Source: Eledone cirrhosa
Lineage: Eukaryota
DNA length: 64,000 nucleotides
NCBI GenBank assembly: GCA_964016885.1
Contig: OZ024745.1
Location: 53,568,001 to 53,632,000 of the forward strand
Direction of reading: 5' to 3'
This document shows positions 46,430-59,936 of this stretch, piece by piece (position 1 is the stretch's first letter; each line of letters starts with the position of its first letter). The notes under the pieces are model-generated. The model made no database searches and had not been told where the DNA came from. It saw nothing but the letters and a program-made list of their open reading frames with translations. The position numbers and the translations under genes were made by a program.

Positions 46430-46682
46430 AACGTCATAACTTCTGGAGTTCGCAAACGATTTTCACAAAATTTGACACATGGGCTACGTTTGTCCTACAG
46501 ATGAATGTGAACTCTCAGAATTGGCACATATTGAGTAGGAGACCCCTGAGGGCAGGAATCCCCTTTTGGAAAAAGTCGATGATTTTGTAAAAGTATAGTT
46601 TTCGAAATAGCACTGAAGTATTGACATAAATGGTATACACAACTGCTATTTAATACCCGAGCAACGCCGGGTACCTCTGCTA

Positions 46683-46683
<1 letters not shown>
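46430..46683 (+). mobile_element. Helitron 3' terminus (non-autonomous fragment)
   Basis: Hairpin TACCCG-agcaacgc-CGGGTA (46654-46673), then CTAG at 46680-46683 followed by T. 5' boundary uncertain. Confidence 0.7.
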
Positions 46684-46759
<76 letters not shown>

Positions 46760-47047
46760 CACACAGTTCAAGAGTAACCAATCTTAAAGAGAGAGATGGA
46801 GATAGGAGAGGAGAAGAGAGATTGGTGAATTAGTTAGAAGCCAAAGCGTAAAGGCATGTGCTCAATGTGCAATATGCAGTGGAAGGCAGCTAGGTGGCTG
46901 GGTTCATGAGCTGCTCTAATTGTACCTAAGTTAATTATTTTCAACTGAACCAGATCAATAATGATCTATAATCATTTGATCCACAAACATTATATGGAGT
47001 AGCGAAACAATTGTAAACGGACATTATTATTATTAATATTAATTAAG

Positions 47048-47434
47048 GGCGGTGAATTGGCAGTATCGGTAGAGGGTCGGACATGCTTTCCAGCATAGTT
47101 ACGTCCCTTTACGATCTGAGTTCAAATCCCGCCGAGGTTAACTTTGCCTTTCATCCTTACGGGGTAGATAAAATAAAGTACCAGTAATGCACTGGGTATT
47201 TTCTGGCCTTGTGCCTAAAATAGAAACAATTATTATTAATATTAATGGCGGTGGATTGGCAGTATCGGTAGAGGGTCGGACGCCATGCTTTCCAGCATAG
47301 TTACGTCCCTTTACGATCTGAGTTCAAATCCCGCCGAGGTTGACTTTGCCTTTCATCCTTACGGGGTCGATAAAATAAAGTACCAGTAATGCCCTGGTTA
47401 ATTGCTGGCCTTGTGCCTAAAGTAGAAACAATTA
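47048..47434 (+). mobile_element. Two head-to-tail SINE family 2 copies (plus a 3' fragment at 47650-47721)
   Basis: Copies at 47048-47233 and 47247-47434, separated by an (ATT)-rich tail. Confidence 0.88.
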
Positions 47435-47549
47435 TTATTAATATTATTATTATTATTCTCTACATTCCTTACATTAAACTAAAACTATGTTGACAATCTT
47501 TTAATAATGTCTTCCTTGTGAAATTTGTGGTCTTGTTTTGTTTAACTAA

Positions 47550-47603
<54 letters not shown>

Positions 47604-47742
47604 TATATTATATTATATTATATTATATTATATTATATTATATTATATTGGGGTCGATAAAATAAAGTACCAGTAATGTACTGGGTATTTGCTGGCCTTG
47701 TGCCAATAGTAGAAACAATTATATTATATTACATTATATCAT

Positions 47743-47789
<47 letters not shown>

Positions 47790-48165
47790 GATGTCTCTCG
47801 ATAAACAGAAACGTGGGCAGATACATACACTAACACATACAAACATACATGCATACAGACATGATACATACATGCAGACAGACATACATGCATACATACA
47901 TACATGCATGCATACATACATACATACAGATAGACATGTATGCATACATACATACATGCATACATCCATACATGCAATGCATACATACATACATGCATTC
48001 ATACATACATGCATACATGTATACATACATGCATGCATGCATACATACATGCATTACATACATACATACATGCATGCAAACATACATACATACATACATA
48101 CATACATACATACATACATACATACATACATACATACATACATACATACATACATACATACATAC

Positions 48166-48578
48166 ATGGTGGCTGCCAACTCGTTTTCGAGTACGGCCAC
48201 TACTTTATATCCATGTAGGAGAACCCCTACCGATGCGCTGAACGAGTGTGACTTTTTAGTCCAGCCAGCGACTTGAAAACTCTGGTACAAACACTACACT
48301 TGTGACAATTATTGACACATAGTGCTGGGCCTATGGTACCATGTGACGACAAGTGCAGAGAGATCTCCAGATATAAAGCAATGCCTGTGCTGTGAAGCTT
48401 TTATAGTGAGCAAAGGCACTGCACAAAGCCAGTCCCACTCCCTTAACCAAGATGATATTTACCAAAAAGAAGAACAAGTCAACATCATTGGATGCCATCA
48501 GGGTTGCAGGTGTTATATTTTTTTTTCCTTCTCCTAGAATTCTGCCTTGACAAAGGCTAATTGGTCATCTTTCCCGAT
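48166..48578 (-). mobile_element. Non-autonomous RTE-related element (family R) with (ATGT)n tail
   Basis: Near-identical to 52760-53170. The 3' end runs into the (TACA)n tract. Confidence 0.75.
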
Positions 48579-48959
48579 GCATACATGCATACATACATAC
48601 ATACATACATACATACATACATACATACATACATACATACATACATACATACATACATACATACATGCATGCATGCATGCATGCATACATACATAATCTG
48701 ACTGTGAATCCAACAGTGATGTATGCGCGAAGTTTACGTTAAAGTTTCCATTTACAGCTGCCAATAACCTGAAAGAATGTGTAAAAGTCAGCCTGTGAGT
48801 CTTCTTGCTTAAATCAATGGACATTGCATGAAAATCTCCAGCAGAGAGATTTATGTTGGTAAATATTTATTGGGTAGATATCACATTCATATCAAATTAA
48901 ATTGCCATGTACTTGAAAATTTCTTGTCAGTTTGCGTGTGTCTATGTATGTGTTTGTGT

Positions 48960-49860
48960 GTGTACGTGTGTGTTTGGTGAATATGAGTAAGTAGTGTGTG
49001 CTATTGTATATATGTGTATATCCGTGTGTTTGTGTGATTTCATGTTGAATATGAGTGAATATGTGAGTAGTTTGTATGTATATGTGTGTGTTTGTGTGCT
49101 TTTGTTGAGTCTGAGTGAGTAGTTTGTGCTATTGTATGTATGTGTATATATGTGTGTGTCTGTGTGTGTACGTGCACCTTTGTTGAATATGAGTAAGTAT
49201 TCTGTATTATTGTATATATGTATATCTGTGTGTGTTTGTGTGATTGCATGTTGAATATGAGTAAGTATTCTGTACTATTGCAAGTATGTGTATATGTGTG
49301 TGTTTGTGTGATTGCATGTTGTATATGAGTAAGTATTCTGTACTATTGTAAGTATGTGTATATGTGTGTGTTTGTGTGATTGCATGTTGAATATGAGTAA
49401 GTATTCTGTACTATTGTAAGTATGTGTATATGTGTGTGTTTGTGTGATTGCATGTTGAATATGAGTAAGTATTCTGTACTATTGTAAGTATGTGTATATG
49501 TGTGTGTTTGTGTGATTGCATGTTGAATATGAGTAAGTATTCTGTACTATTGTAAGTATGTGTATATGTGTGTGTTTGTGTGATTGCATGTTGAATATGA
49601 GTAAGTATTCTGTACTATTGTAAGTATGTGTATATGTGTGTGTTTGTGTGATTGCATGTTGAATATGAGTAAGTATTCTGTACTATTGTAAGTATGTGTA
49701 TATGTGTGTGTTTGTATGATTTCATGTTGAATATGAGTAAGTACTTTGTACTATTGTAAGTATGTGTATATGTGTGTGTTTGTATGATTGCATGTTGAAT
49801 ATGAGTAAGTATTCTGTACTATTGCATGTATGTGTATATGTCTGTGTTTGTATGATCGCA
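48960..49860. repeat. 68-bp minisatellite
   Basis: GTAAGTATTCTGTACTATTG recurs at 49261, 49329, 49397 and onward. Flanking copies are diverged. Confidence 0.93.
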
Positions 49861-50151
49861 TGCATACGCAGGTGTGTATTTATGTGTGTTATGCCATGCT
49901 GTCTTTCTTCTGCTCCTGTTGTTATTCCTTCTGTTTGTCTGTATGTACCAACGCTGAAATTTTGCTATGTGGAGAATGTATATTGTGACCTTCGTGATTT
50001 TATGAATGTGTGCCTGTGTAAGTAATGGGAATGTGTGTTAGGGACTCTGTCATTGTATATGTGTTTCTAATTATGAATGGTGGAGGTATACATATTTTCT
50101 GCTGTACGTGTGGTTGTCTAATATACTAAATATGTGGGGAGGGGGATGCAT

Positions 50152-50212
<61 letters not shown>

Positions 50213-50287
50213 GTAATAATAATAAAAACATATATATACATGCATATAAATATATGTATATATATATGTATATATATATACATTTAT

Positions 50288-50346
<59 letters not shown>

Positions 50347-50390
50347 TACATATATACATATATTCATATGCATGTATACATACACACACT

Positions 50391-50424
<34 letters not shown>

Positions 50425-50511
50425 TGTATGTATGTATGTATGTATGTATGTATGTATGTATGTATGTATGTATGGCTGGATGAATGTATGTACATATAAT
50501 ATATATATATG

Positions 50512-50559
<48 letters not shown>

Positions 50560-50914
50560 CACACACACACACACACATATACATACATATGTGTGTCTGT
50601 GAGTGTGTATTCGAATGAATTTACGTAAGAGTGGTGTTTCATGTATACATGTGACTTTGACTTTCATTATCGACATTCTGCGACTATCGTCTGCGTTTGG
50701 ACAATTGGTTCTGTTGCATTCATGAATATATGTATGTGGTCAGGCATCTATGTGTATGCGTTTCTGTTTGTATACGTAATTCTGTAATGATGGACTGCAG
50801 AAACCAAAGTATGTGCTTGACCTCGTATGTATGTACACATATGTGTGCTTCTTCCTCATCTATGCTTATGAGTTCGTTAATCTCTCCATTTCTTACTCTC
50901 TCTCTCTCTCTCTC

Positions 50915-51036
<122 letters not shown>

Positions 51037-51244
51037 CGGTATGGTAGCTGTCTAATGACTGACGCCAGTAAATGAGTAAAAGGATTTATACATATATATA
51101 CATATGTATATATACACACACACACACATATATATATATATACATACATGCATACATATATATATATACATATACATGTATATATATATAAATATATATA
51201 TATATACATACATACGTGCATACATACATACATACATACATACA

Positions 51245-51276
<32 letters not shown>

Positions 51277-51334
51277 CATACATACATACATACATACATA
51301 CATACATACATACATACATACATACATACATACA

Positions 51335-51370
<36 letters not shown>

Positions 51371-51377
51371 TACATAC

Positions 51378-51451
<74 letters not shown>

Positions 51452-51990
51452 GAAGGTGGACATACATGTAAACGTATGTGTGTTTATGTACATGTTTTAA
51501 CGTGTGTGTTAGCGCAAGTTATCAGGAAGAAATAATGGCAGCATTTCGTCCTCCTCTCAAACTTCCTTTATTTCCAGCCGGTTAGTTTCGGTAGATAATC
51601 ACCTGACATGATTAAGTGCAATCAATGAACTGGTCACGTCTGGTTTGTTGTCACTGGCATTCAGTGAAGCCCGAATTTGGAGGAATCCAACGTTCCGCAT
51701 CTACCAACGAACTGCAATCAGCGGACAGAGTAAGTGAACACAAATCATGAATTGACTTCTCCAATTGGCAGTTTGACTCTGTTTTTGGTCAATATGTTGG
51801 CGTTAACTAACCAAACGGGAAACTAGCTTTTAACTTTTTCCAACTCTTCACATATTTATGTAGGACATCAATCAAGCAATCAATCTTTATTTTCTTATCT
51901 TGTCTTCAATTGTCTTGTCTCGTCTTTCAAGTCTGTCTATTTGTCTGTATGCTGTATTTCTTTCATTCTATCACTTTCTCTCCCTCTGTC

Positions 51991-52070
<80 letters not shown>

Positions 52071-52116
52071 TATATATATATATGTGTGTGTGTTTGTGTA
52101 TGTATGTATATATATA

Positions 52117-52196
<80 letters not shown>

Positions 52197-52759
52197 TGAA
52201 TATATACGCATATAAATGTATATAAATGAAGAGAAAGAAAAGTAGATAGATATGCATGTATACACGAATGTATGTATATAGGTATATATGTGTGTTTGTG
52301 TGTATGCGCGTGTGCATGTGAACGTAGATGCACACATACATACATACATATATATACATACATACATGATGATGGCTGCCCCCTCGTTATCGAGTATGGC
52401 CATTGCACGAGAAAAAAAATGATAATAATAATAATAAAGAAATAAAGAAAAAAGAAAATAAAGAAATAAGAAATATATACATACATACATACATACATAC
52501 ATACATACATACATACATACATACATACATACATAGTGATAATTCAAAGGTCCAAGCTTATCACACAGTCACGTTGATTTTACCAGTGAATTATGTTAAA
52601 GGCGCCTCTGTTTGTTGACTTCCTCCCAGTTCCTTTCATATTACTCTGTGCAGGTGGTTCATTTGATTCAAAAATTGTAATCACATACGGCATTCTGTAT
52701 CGGAAAGACCATCATATCATATACATACATACTTATATACATATATGCGTACATACATA

Positions 52760-53329
52760 CATGGTGGCTGCCAACTCGTTTTCGAGTACGGCCACTACTT
52801 TATATCCATGTAGGAGAACCCCTACCGATGCGCTGAACGAGTGTGACTTTTTAGTCCAGCCAGCGACTTGAAAACTCTGGTACAAACACTACACTTGTGA
52901 CAATTATTGACAAATAGTGCTGGGCCCATGGTACCATGTGACGACAAGTGCGGAGAGATCTCCAGATATAAAGCAATGCCTGTGCCGTGAAGCTTTTATA
53001 GTGAGCAAAGGCACTGCACAAAGCCAGTCCCACTCTCTTAACCAAGATGATATTTACCAAAAAGAAGAACAAGTCAACATCATTGGATACCATCAGGGTT
53101 GCAGGTGTTATATCAGAGTTTTCCTTCTCCTAGAATTCTGCCTTGAGAAAGTCTAAGGGGTCATCTCTCCCGATGATTTTGGATGGCCATTGACTCTTAA
53201 GAGCTCCTTTGCGCTTTGACAGGTTTTGTTTTTAGTCCTGCAAGATGACCAAAGTCACCCTCCTCACCAAGAAACCTTGGTGGGGTTGCCAGTTTAGTCG
53301 CCAACGACCCGACCATGAGACAGGTTTAA
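52760..53329 (-). mobile_element. Non-autonomous RTE-related element (family R), longest copy
   Basis: The minus strand has CTAGGAGAAGGAAAACTCTGA (RTE 5'UTR-like motif, from memory) and a 3' hairpin plus ATGT tail. No ORF. Confidence 0.7.
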
Positions 53330-53470
53330 CATACATATATATATATACATATATATATATACATACATACACATATACATACATACATACATACATATAC
53401 ACATACATATATATATATACACATACATATACATATACATATACATACATATATATATATATACATATAC

Positions 53471-53550
<80 letters not shown>

Positions 53551-53552
<2 letters not shown>

Positions 53553-53739
53553 CGAAGGAAATGTGGTAAGGAACCAGGTGGACCATAACGCACCAAAGTA
53601 CTCAATACTTAGGGTAGTAGAGTGGGTAATAGGAACAAGTAAGACCCTGACGGCTGAGCTCAAGCCGTTTCGACGGCTAATTCAGTCCAGAATTAGCCGT
53701 CGAAACGGCTTGAGCTCAACCGTCGGGGTCTTACTTGTT

Positions 53740-53743
<4 letters not shown>
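53551..53743. mobile_element. Fold-back insert (family F) with the 3' half of an HHR in each arm
   Basis: Arms 53630-53683 and 53690-53743. GAAA-CGG...CCG-TC (GUC triplet) is present; the CTGATGA half is missing. Confidence 0.8.
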
Positions 53744-53807
<64 letters not shown>

Positions 53808-54187
53808 CAAGTATTGGCAGTAGTTGAAAAGATTGAAAATTTGAAAATAATATAGGGAAGCTGATGGATGAGGATGGCAAGGGATGAGTGAGTGATCAGA
53901 TACCTTAAACACATGACATGTGATTATGTTGAAATAGGGTGCTGGATATGGGTAGAGAAAAACAGAATCCTGATGGAATGAAGGCGGGGATTCTGACCCA
54001 AATAAATAGGTTTGCAAGGAAGACAAGAAAAGAAGACAAGAAAGGAAGAGACTAATAAAATGAGAATCTGTTTTACTGACATGTCATATTATGTTATGTG
54101 ATGCCATTCCATGCATAGAAACATACATACATACATACATACATACATACATACATACATACATACATACATACATACATACATACA

Positions 54188-54576
54188 TGATTATTGGGGC
54201 ACTGGGGTATGTTAGTAAGTGCCTCAATACAAATCTTGAGAAGCTAGGGTTCACAGGAACAGAAAGAACACAACTAGTTAGGAAACTACAAGTACAATCC
54301 ATTAATGAAACAGTAAAAATATTTAAAACATTCCAAAAATGTTGCATCTAATAACTGCATATACACATGTACAGATACAAAGCATATACACATGCACACA
54401 TACAACTCAAAACATATACATCCACACATACAATAACATCCATATCTACACATGCATACATACATATCTACCTAGTCGATGTTGTGTAAATTCCAATGAG
54501 AGAGTCTTGTGTCTATGTTAGAAACCGACTCTCTCTCTATTGGGAAAAAATTTGTGAAATTATAAAACCAGAAGAA
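54188..54576 (+). mobile_element. 5'-truncated R4/Dong-like (restriction-like endonuclease) non-LTR retrotransposon end inside (TACA)n
   Basis: IIGALG...NLEKLG...LQVQSINETVKI matches the RLE C-terminal pattern. (CATA)n lies on both sides. Confidence 0.7.
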
Positions 54577-54759
54577 CATACATACATACATACATACATA
54601 CATACATGATGGCTGCCCCCTCGTTATCGAGTATGGCCATTGCACGAGGAGAAAAAAAAAATTAATAAATAAATAAAAAATAAAATAAAAATACATACAT
54701 ACATACATACATACGTACATACATACATACATACATACATACATACATACATACTGATT

Positions 54760-55800
54760 GCTGCTTCTTGTAAGAAGAGTGCCAGATCTTCATTGAACAT
54801 TGCATGATCATGTGCACGCAGGTGACTTTTCAGACCCGTATTTTCTTTGTAGGCACGTTCACTTGGGGGAGTGTCTTCATGTTTATTACCATGTGTGGTC
54901 AGTCCACCAGCTGACTTGCAAATTAAACCTCACTCACTGAAAATATGCCGTGGAGTGTGTGGTGGTAGAACCATCTCACAGTTGGCTCGATTTCTTCCTG
55001 GCTCGTGCGATTTCAGTTGGTTGACAAATCCAGCTCGTGTTAGAGGAAATCAGCTACACACTGCACTTGAGCCCCACTTACGAATTGAACGTTTCGTAAC
55101 AGCATGCTCCACTTGCTTTTTCTTAAAGACATCACATCCATATTTGATGAACTTTCTCCATGACGAACAGCCTTGAGTCAGTCTCCCCAGTTCTCCATAT
55201 CAATCTTCAGAGCTTTAAGATTGTCTTTTATGACATCCTTAAATCGTTTCTTTGGTTTATGCTGTGGTCTTTTTCCTCTGGTTAGCTCACCCATAAAAGA
55301 AATGTTTACGCATCCTTCCATCTTCCATCCTGACCACATGACCAGCCCAACTCCCTAACAAGAACGCCAAATGTTTTTGACTTGGTGGTAAACCGTCTTA
55401 GATTAAAGACTTTGCCAGAGTTTCTAATTCGTAAATATACACAGATTTCGACGTCTTGGAAGGTATATATCAGCAGCACGGCAAAATAAATGGCGACAGA
55501 GTGGTTGCGGGTATGTCACCTTGCTTGACACTGTTTTCCACTGAAATTGGCTCTGAAAGTTCCCTTTTGCTTTCATATTTTGATAAAGTTTTGTGAATGT
55601 TCCAACAAATTCCTGGGGGCATCAAAGTTTACTCAATATGACTACGATTAATTGTATCAAAGTCTTTGCTAAGCTTCACAATTACTTGGTATAGTGGCAC
55701 TTGCTGCTCAACTTACTTTTCCATAAGCTGGCGGGCTGAGAAAATGATGTCCATAGAACCCACCCAGCTCTGAATTCACAGTAGGTCTCAGCAATGGCAG
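54760..55800 (-). pseudogene. Decayed RTE (BovB-like) LINE fragment
   Basis: Minus strand reads DIIFSARQLMEK, VKQGDIPA, WAGHVVRMEDGR, GKRPQHKPKKRFKD. Confidence 0.8.
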
Positions 55801-56178
55801 CAGGGCAGATCCATTTCGCTGGACCGAAGGGTGCTTTTTCTGCTAGTCACATTAATTTTCGAATGTTCTTTCTTTGGACCAAGTTCTGAAACCCGGTCAC
55901 TTCCTATAACAAACCAGTAGGGTTTGCTGGTCATTCTGATTTCGAATCAAGTGTTAATTAGTTAGTATTTCAAAAATTGTTGTTTTAAGTACAGTATGGA
56001 GGCTTACGTAAAGGCATGTCACAAATTTAATTATGTACTTAGCCACACATACAATCATACTCGATATATTTTACCAACAGCTTATGTTGAGCACTTTAAT
56101 GCTTACGCATTTTTATATGTATATATGTGTGCATATGTGTGTATGTAGACACACACACATAACTTTATATATACATAC

Positions 56179-56217
<39 letters not shown>

Positions 56218-56248
56218 AGTATATATATATATATATATATATATGTAA

Positions 56249-56291
<43 letters not shown>

Positions 56292-56314
56292 AGTATATAT
56301 ATATATATATGTAA

Positions 56315-56374
<60 letters not shown>

Positions 56375-56519
56375 TTTTGCTCTGATTATTTAATTTATTA
56401 ATTTTTCATTGAGCCACATCGTGAAGAGTTGCCAAAACACATATATACATGTGACTTTGTTTAATTGGTGTATGTGTAAATATTTATATTTAATAATCTC
56501 CCATAAGGTTGAGATACAA

Positions 56520-56784
56520 TTTGGGCGATATTGGGCTGCGCTTTCTAGCAACCAACTTACTCGCCGTAAGCAACCAATCACACCCTTCCTCACTTGACCA
56601 CTGCCACGTCACAGTTCTCAACCATTTTGAATTCGTGTTTGGCGGGGGCCGCTTCGGAAAATAATCTGTCCTAGCGAGTTTGTCCCTTGAAGAGCTCTAA
56701 AACTCGAGATTTGTCCTTAATAGGGTATCCCAAAAGTGAGCGAAACCCATGGGTCGAGATTTCGTGATTTAATCCAGGTATGTA
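56520..56784 (+). promoter_or_regulatory. Candidate promoter and first exon of a host transcript
   Basis: Unique CpG-containing island with CCAATCA (about 56573), GCCACGTCA (about 56603), CCATTTTG and a 5' splice site CAG|GTATGT (about 56778). Confidence 0.4.
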
Positions 56785-57020
56785 TATAAGCATTTCTAAC
56801 TTTAATTTCCACGTGCTGTTGAAATGTTGGGTAAATATTCTATAGCGGTTGGACGCGGAGACGCTGCTGTGGCGTATTTATTTACTGTTTCTTCATAGGT
56901 GCCTTTTATTCTTATAGCCTGGTCTAATTGATTTTATGTGTGGTTAATTATGCTGATTGAGAGTAGAGATGGTGTATATATATTATCAAATAATTCTCTG
57001 GACATGCTTTACTCTATAGT

Positions 57021-57114
<94 letters not shown>

Positions 57115-57391
57115 TTTTATATATATATATCAAAGGTATATATTGAGTTAGAAACTCAAAATAGTCTCTTACAATAAATAGCTCTAGGAAAGAGATTTTT
57201 CCGAGCCGTATATTATAATTGAATATAAAAGAAAGACGAACACAGATATATACATATATGTGTTCAAATCGTAAGGGACCAGATTCGCTAAGGTGAAAAG
57301 AATACTAATTATAGACAATAGGGTTTGCCTGACTCAATTTAAGAATAAATCAAGAAAATAAATACAAACCAGAATTGTGGTAACTACCAAT

Positions 57392-57467
57392 CACCCAGAC
57401 AGCTTTTGGTACTGCTGTTTCGCAATATTAATTGTGAATATGAATGCCAATTCTTGCTCATCAGTGG
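57392..57467 (-). ncRNA. Type I hammerhead ribozyme (inverted copy, stem I shortened)
   Basis: Reverse complement of 57754-57829. Confidence 0.8.
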
Positions 57468-57750
57468 CTGACTCAATTTAGGAATAAATTATAATATACG
57501 GCTCGAAAAAATCTCATTCCTAGAGCTATTTAATTGTAAGAGACTATTTTGAGTTTCTAACTCAATATATACGTTTGATATATTCGGCTCCGTTAATTTG
57601 TTGAGCTAATTCAAATGTCGAATAAACCTGGCTGCTATTTCTAGTGGTGTAAGTGAGACGCGTTAAGTTCAGATACCATGTGCGTTGTTATATATACGCA
57701 TACTATTCAGTTTCTTAATATACTTAGAAGTGTCTAGGATACTAATTCTT

Positions 57751-57829
57751 CACCCACTGATGAGCAAGAATTGGCATTCCTATTCACAATTAATATTGCG
57801 AAACAGCAGTACCAAAAGCTGTCTGGGTG
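57751..57829 (+). ncRNA. Type I hammerhead ribozyme, canonical, with a full stem III
   Basis: CACCCA-CTGATGA-GCAA...TTGC-GAAA-CAGC agtaccaaaa GCTG-TC-TGGGTG. Predicted GUC cleavage after 57823. Confidence 0.92.
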
Positions 57830-58009
57830 ATTGGTGGTTACCACAATTCCGGTTTGTATTTATTTTCTTGATTTATTCTTCAATTCAGTCAGGCAAACCC
57901 TATTATCTATAGTTAGTATTCTTTTCACCTTAGCGAATCTGGTCCCTTACGATTTGAACACATATATGTATATATCTGTGTTCGTTTTTCTTTTATATTC
58001 AATTATAAT

Positions 58010-58067
<58 letters not shown>

Positions 58068-58149
58068 AAAGTCTCTCTTGAGCCCGGAGTTTCATCAGGC
58101 CGGTGTTTATCCCGGTAGCCAGTCCATCATCGGGTATATATATATACAC

Positions 58150-58335
<186 letters not shown>

Positions 58336-58792
58336 TTGTATATATATGCACATATATATATGTGTGCGTGTGTGTGTGTGTGTTTATGGTGAGTGTGTGT
58401 GTATTTCTATGTGCTGCCTATCTATTGATGGACTGATTTTATCATATTTATTTTAAAATTATTTTCGTAATTTTTATAAATGGAAAATCTTATTGTGTGA
58501 TTTTCAAATCTCCGTCTGTTCTATTATAAATATTTTTATGTTTGTTTGTGTATTAGTTTCTGTATTAGTTTGCTTATTTCCCAATCAATCCATTTATCAT
58601 TTTTCTAATGGAAATATTTGTTTTATAAATACATTACTCACCCATCAAAGAGATGTATACATCTATATTTCTCTTTGGTTACTTCTTTTTTCAGACATTA
58701 TCGTTCCAATCTATCTATCGTTATATCTGTCTCTCATTCTATATATCTATTTATATATCTATAATCTGTGCGCTTCTCAATCGAACATACTC

Positions 58793-58864
<72 letters not shown>

Positions 58865-58950
58865 GATATAGATATACATATATATGTATATATATAAATA
58901 TATATATATATTTATATATATATACATATATATATTTCTGTATATATATA

Positions 58951-59151
58951 TAGTAATAATAATAAATTTGAAGACTAAAATCCAAAGAGGGCTCGATAAG
59001 GATAAATATATATCAAATATATAAGAACCGTAGAGCAAATATTTATTAAAATAACAGATTAAAGTTTAAGCAAAGAATCGCTGCTTTCACCCTTAACGGG
59101 ATCTTCTGAAACTTTCAGAAGATCCCTTTAAGAGTGAAAGCACCGATTCTT
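58951..59151. mobile_element. Family A fold-back insert in (TA)n
   Basis: Near-identical to 1994-2155. Arms about 59074-59111 and 59113-59151. Confidence 0.85.
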
Positions 59152-59172
59152 ATATATATATATATACATACA

Positions 59173-59576
<404 letters not shown>

Positions 59577-59630
59577 TTTATATATATACAAATATATATA
59601 TATATATTATATATATATTATACATATATA

Positions 59631-59681
<51 letters not shown>

Positions 59682-59717
59682 TGTGTGTGTGTGTATTCTT
59701 CTAATTATACAAATCAC

Positions 59718-59762
59718 TTATACAGGAGTGGAACTGTTTCATTCGTCAGAAATCATCAGTTA
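59718..59762 (-). ncRNA. HHR family D core (stem I decayed)
   Basis: Minus strand reads CTGATGA-TTTC tgac GAAT-GAAA-CAG ttccactc CTG-TA. Confidence 0.55.
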
Positions 59763-59901
59763 TGATCATGTAAAAGTTATTACTATAATAAAATCTCTAG
59801 TAACGTATTGCGTACCTTTTTTAATAGATAGATAGATAGTTATAGATATACACAAATACGCAAACACATTTACACACACACATACACACACACACATACA
59901 C

Positions 59902-59936
<35 letters not shown>

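Larger units (their letters stand above)
57127..58012. mobile_element. Retrozyme-like 514-bp HHR unit with a permuted inverted copy, in (TA)n
   Basis: Plus unit 57487-58009. The minus copy 57467 to 57127 reads through the unit end directly into the unit start. Confidence 0.85.
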
